A DNA stretch of 64,000 bases from Octopus sinensis (lineage: Eukaryota), in NCBI RefSeq assembly GCF_006345805.1, contig NC_043017.1, positions 9,300,001-9,364,000 on the forward strand. Direction: 5' to 3'. Under the pieces are notes generated by a model that saw nothing but the letters and a program-made list of their open reading frames with translations, was not told the DNA's origin and did no database searches. Position 1 is the first letter of the stretch, and each line of letters begins with the position of its first letter. A program made the translations under genes and the position numbers. Shown piece after piece: positions 62,201 through 64,000 of this stretch.

Positions 62201-62959
62201 CTTATATTATATTGTGTGGCACTCTCATCTGAAACACACACAAGCAAATTATGAAACGCAAAATGTAGAAGATCCTTGAACTGAGTTGTAGTAGCAGTGG
62301 CATCCCAGCCTTGACAATCCTATCTCTTATTCAGACATTGTGTATCTAGGACTACATTGTTTTGTAGTCCAATGTAACCTTGTGGTTTCAGACAGAATTG
62401 GTTGTTTTTTCTAGCAGGATCAGGCAATCACAGAATCACTCCCTCAGTGAGTCAGTAGTAACCTTGCTTACAGTAGTAGGGGGTAGGGGTGTTATGATGA
62501 TGATGATGATGGTGATGAGTAATGGTGGTAGTAGTGGTGGTGGTGGTGGTGAAAATAGTGATTGTTGTTGTTATTGTGGTGGTAGTGGTGGTGGTGCCCT
62601 GAATGAGAGCTGAAAATATGGCAGGAAATGGCACCTCATACGGTAGTAGGTCTCTGACAAGGTTTACATAATATATGACAGCATCATGACACACTCCACC
62701 ACTTCCTCCCCGAACCTCTCCTCCTCAATAACCACCACCACCACCACCAACACTACCACTATGACTTCAACCACCACTAACCTCCTTCACAATCAACAGA
62801 TAAGCTGCATGGCTGAGGTTTGACATGGTAAAGAAGTGTGTGTGTATATATATATATATGTATTTATATATATATATGTATATATATTTATATATGCATC
62901 AGCATGGCCGCAGCTCTGAGCTGAAACAAGAAAAACGAAATATATATATACACACACAC

Positions 62960-63230
62960 ACACAGACACACATGGTTCCTGGTTCAGTCCCACTGCATGG
63001 CACCTCAGGCACGTGTATTCTACTGTAGCCTTGAGCTGACCAAAGCCTTGTGAGTGGATTTGGTAGACAGAAACTGAAAGAAGCCTGTCATGTGTGTGTG
63101 TGTGTATGTTTGTGTGTCTGTGTTTGTCTCCCCACCATCACTTGACAACCGATGTTGGTGTGTTTACATCCCCATAACTTAGTGGTTCCAGCAAAAAGAG
63201 ACCAATAGAATAAGTACTAGGATTACAAAG
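62960..63230 (+). mobile_element. SINE family B, 5'-truncated
   Basis: ACATGGTTCCTGGTTCAGTCCCACTGCATGGCACC...ATAGAATAAGTACTAGG. Confidence 0.85.
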
Positions 63231-64000
63231 ATGTTTGGGCAACATCCCCCACACACGAAAAAAATTCTGGATCTCCTCATACTCCCCACCCCCCCACCCC
63301 ACTGTGCTGGTTGATTTCAGTTTGAAGAATCATGTCTTGTGATTGCTTCTCATGGTTTCCTGATTGCATGACTGGAGATCTAAAGCTGTGACTTCACAAT
63401 TAGAGCCTGGTGCAGCCTCCTGGTTTACCAGACCTCAGTCAAACCGTCTGACCCATGCCAGCATGGAAAAACGGACGTTAAACGATGATGATGATGATGA
63501 TGATGATGAACTAATTAATATTTATATTTTTAGAATTAGCCTGTGTAGACAGCATCTTACTTGCCGACTCATAGAGCGAATTTGTGATAAACACACACAG
63601 GCATGCACTCACGCATGCACATGCGTGTACACACAACACACACACACACGCACGCACACTTACATACACACATGTGAGCTAAGAAATTATATCATTTCAA
63701 ATAAATCTTTTAAAACAAAAAAAAAACTGGTGGGGATTTATTTTAAAAACAAAAACCCCCCAAAAAAAAAATTTGAGAGAGAAAAAGAAGAGAGGGAGGG
63801 GAGGGGAGGGGGGAAAGATGCAGTATGTTAATATAACCTACATATTGATTCAATCTAATTGCTCATACCCTGTGTGTGTGTATGTGTGGTGTGTGTTTGT
63901 GTGTGTATGTGTATGTGTGTGTGTGTGTGTTTGTGTGTGTATGTGTGTGTGTGTTTGTGTGTTGTTGTGTGTGTGTGTGTGTGTTGTGTGTGTTGTATGT

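Noticed and set aside
858-63831. Most ORFs in the six-frame track (poly-H/I/M/D/YI/CV/TH, and SINE-derived peptides such as LGKCLLL or KASFLPH)
   Set aside because: They are translations of microsatellites or of SINE and LINE-UTR sequence, with no domain signal.

Overview
Eukaryotic, AT-rich, microsatellite-saturated DNA. The repeat families and microsatellite load point to a coleoid cephalopod, most likely Octopus (inference; no database search was possible). No complete host protein-coding gene can be supported. Almost all listed ORFs are translations of microsatellites or interspersed repeats. The only clear protein-coding sequence is a 5'-truncated, twice-frameshifted RTE-clade LINE on the minus strand (~3.0-7.6 kb), with an endonuclease remnant, reverse transcriptase and a PHD-type finger inside the RT. 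There are also decayed RTE and mariner remnants. The rest is dozens of tRNA-derived SINEs (several families, often nested or piled head-to-tail), piggyBac-, hAT-, mariner- and Merlin-like MITEs, and minisatellites. Most interesting signals: (1) seven short loci, mostly at (TA)n microsatellites, carrying minimal type-I hammerhead-ribozyme-like motifs of the Penelope/retrozyme kind. One has a U3-A8 core covariation and one lies in a perfect 75-bp inverted repeat. (2) An excess of RFX X-box motifs, co-located with Scratch, proneural E-box and nuclear-receptor sites in unique islands, suggesting a neural enhancer landscape. (3) Plus-strand splice signals, including a candidate recursive-splicing site (140-nt AG-free zone, then CAG|GTATGA), suggesting the window may lie inside a long transcript. 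Repeat coordinates were read by eye and may be off by a few bases.
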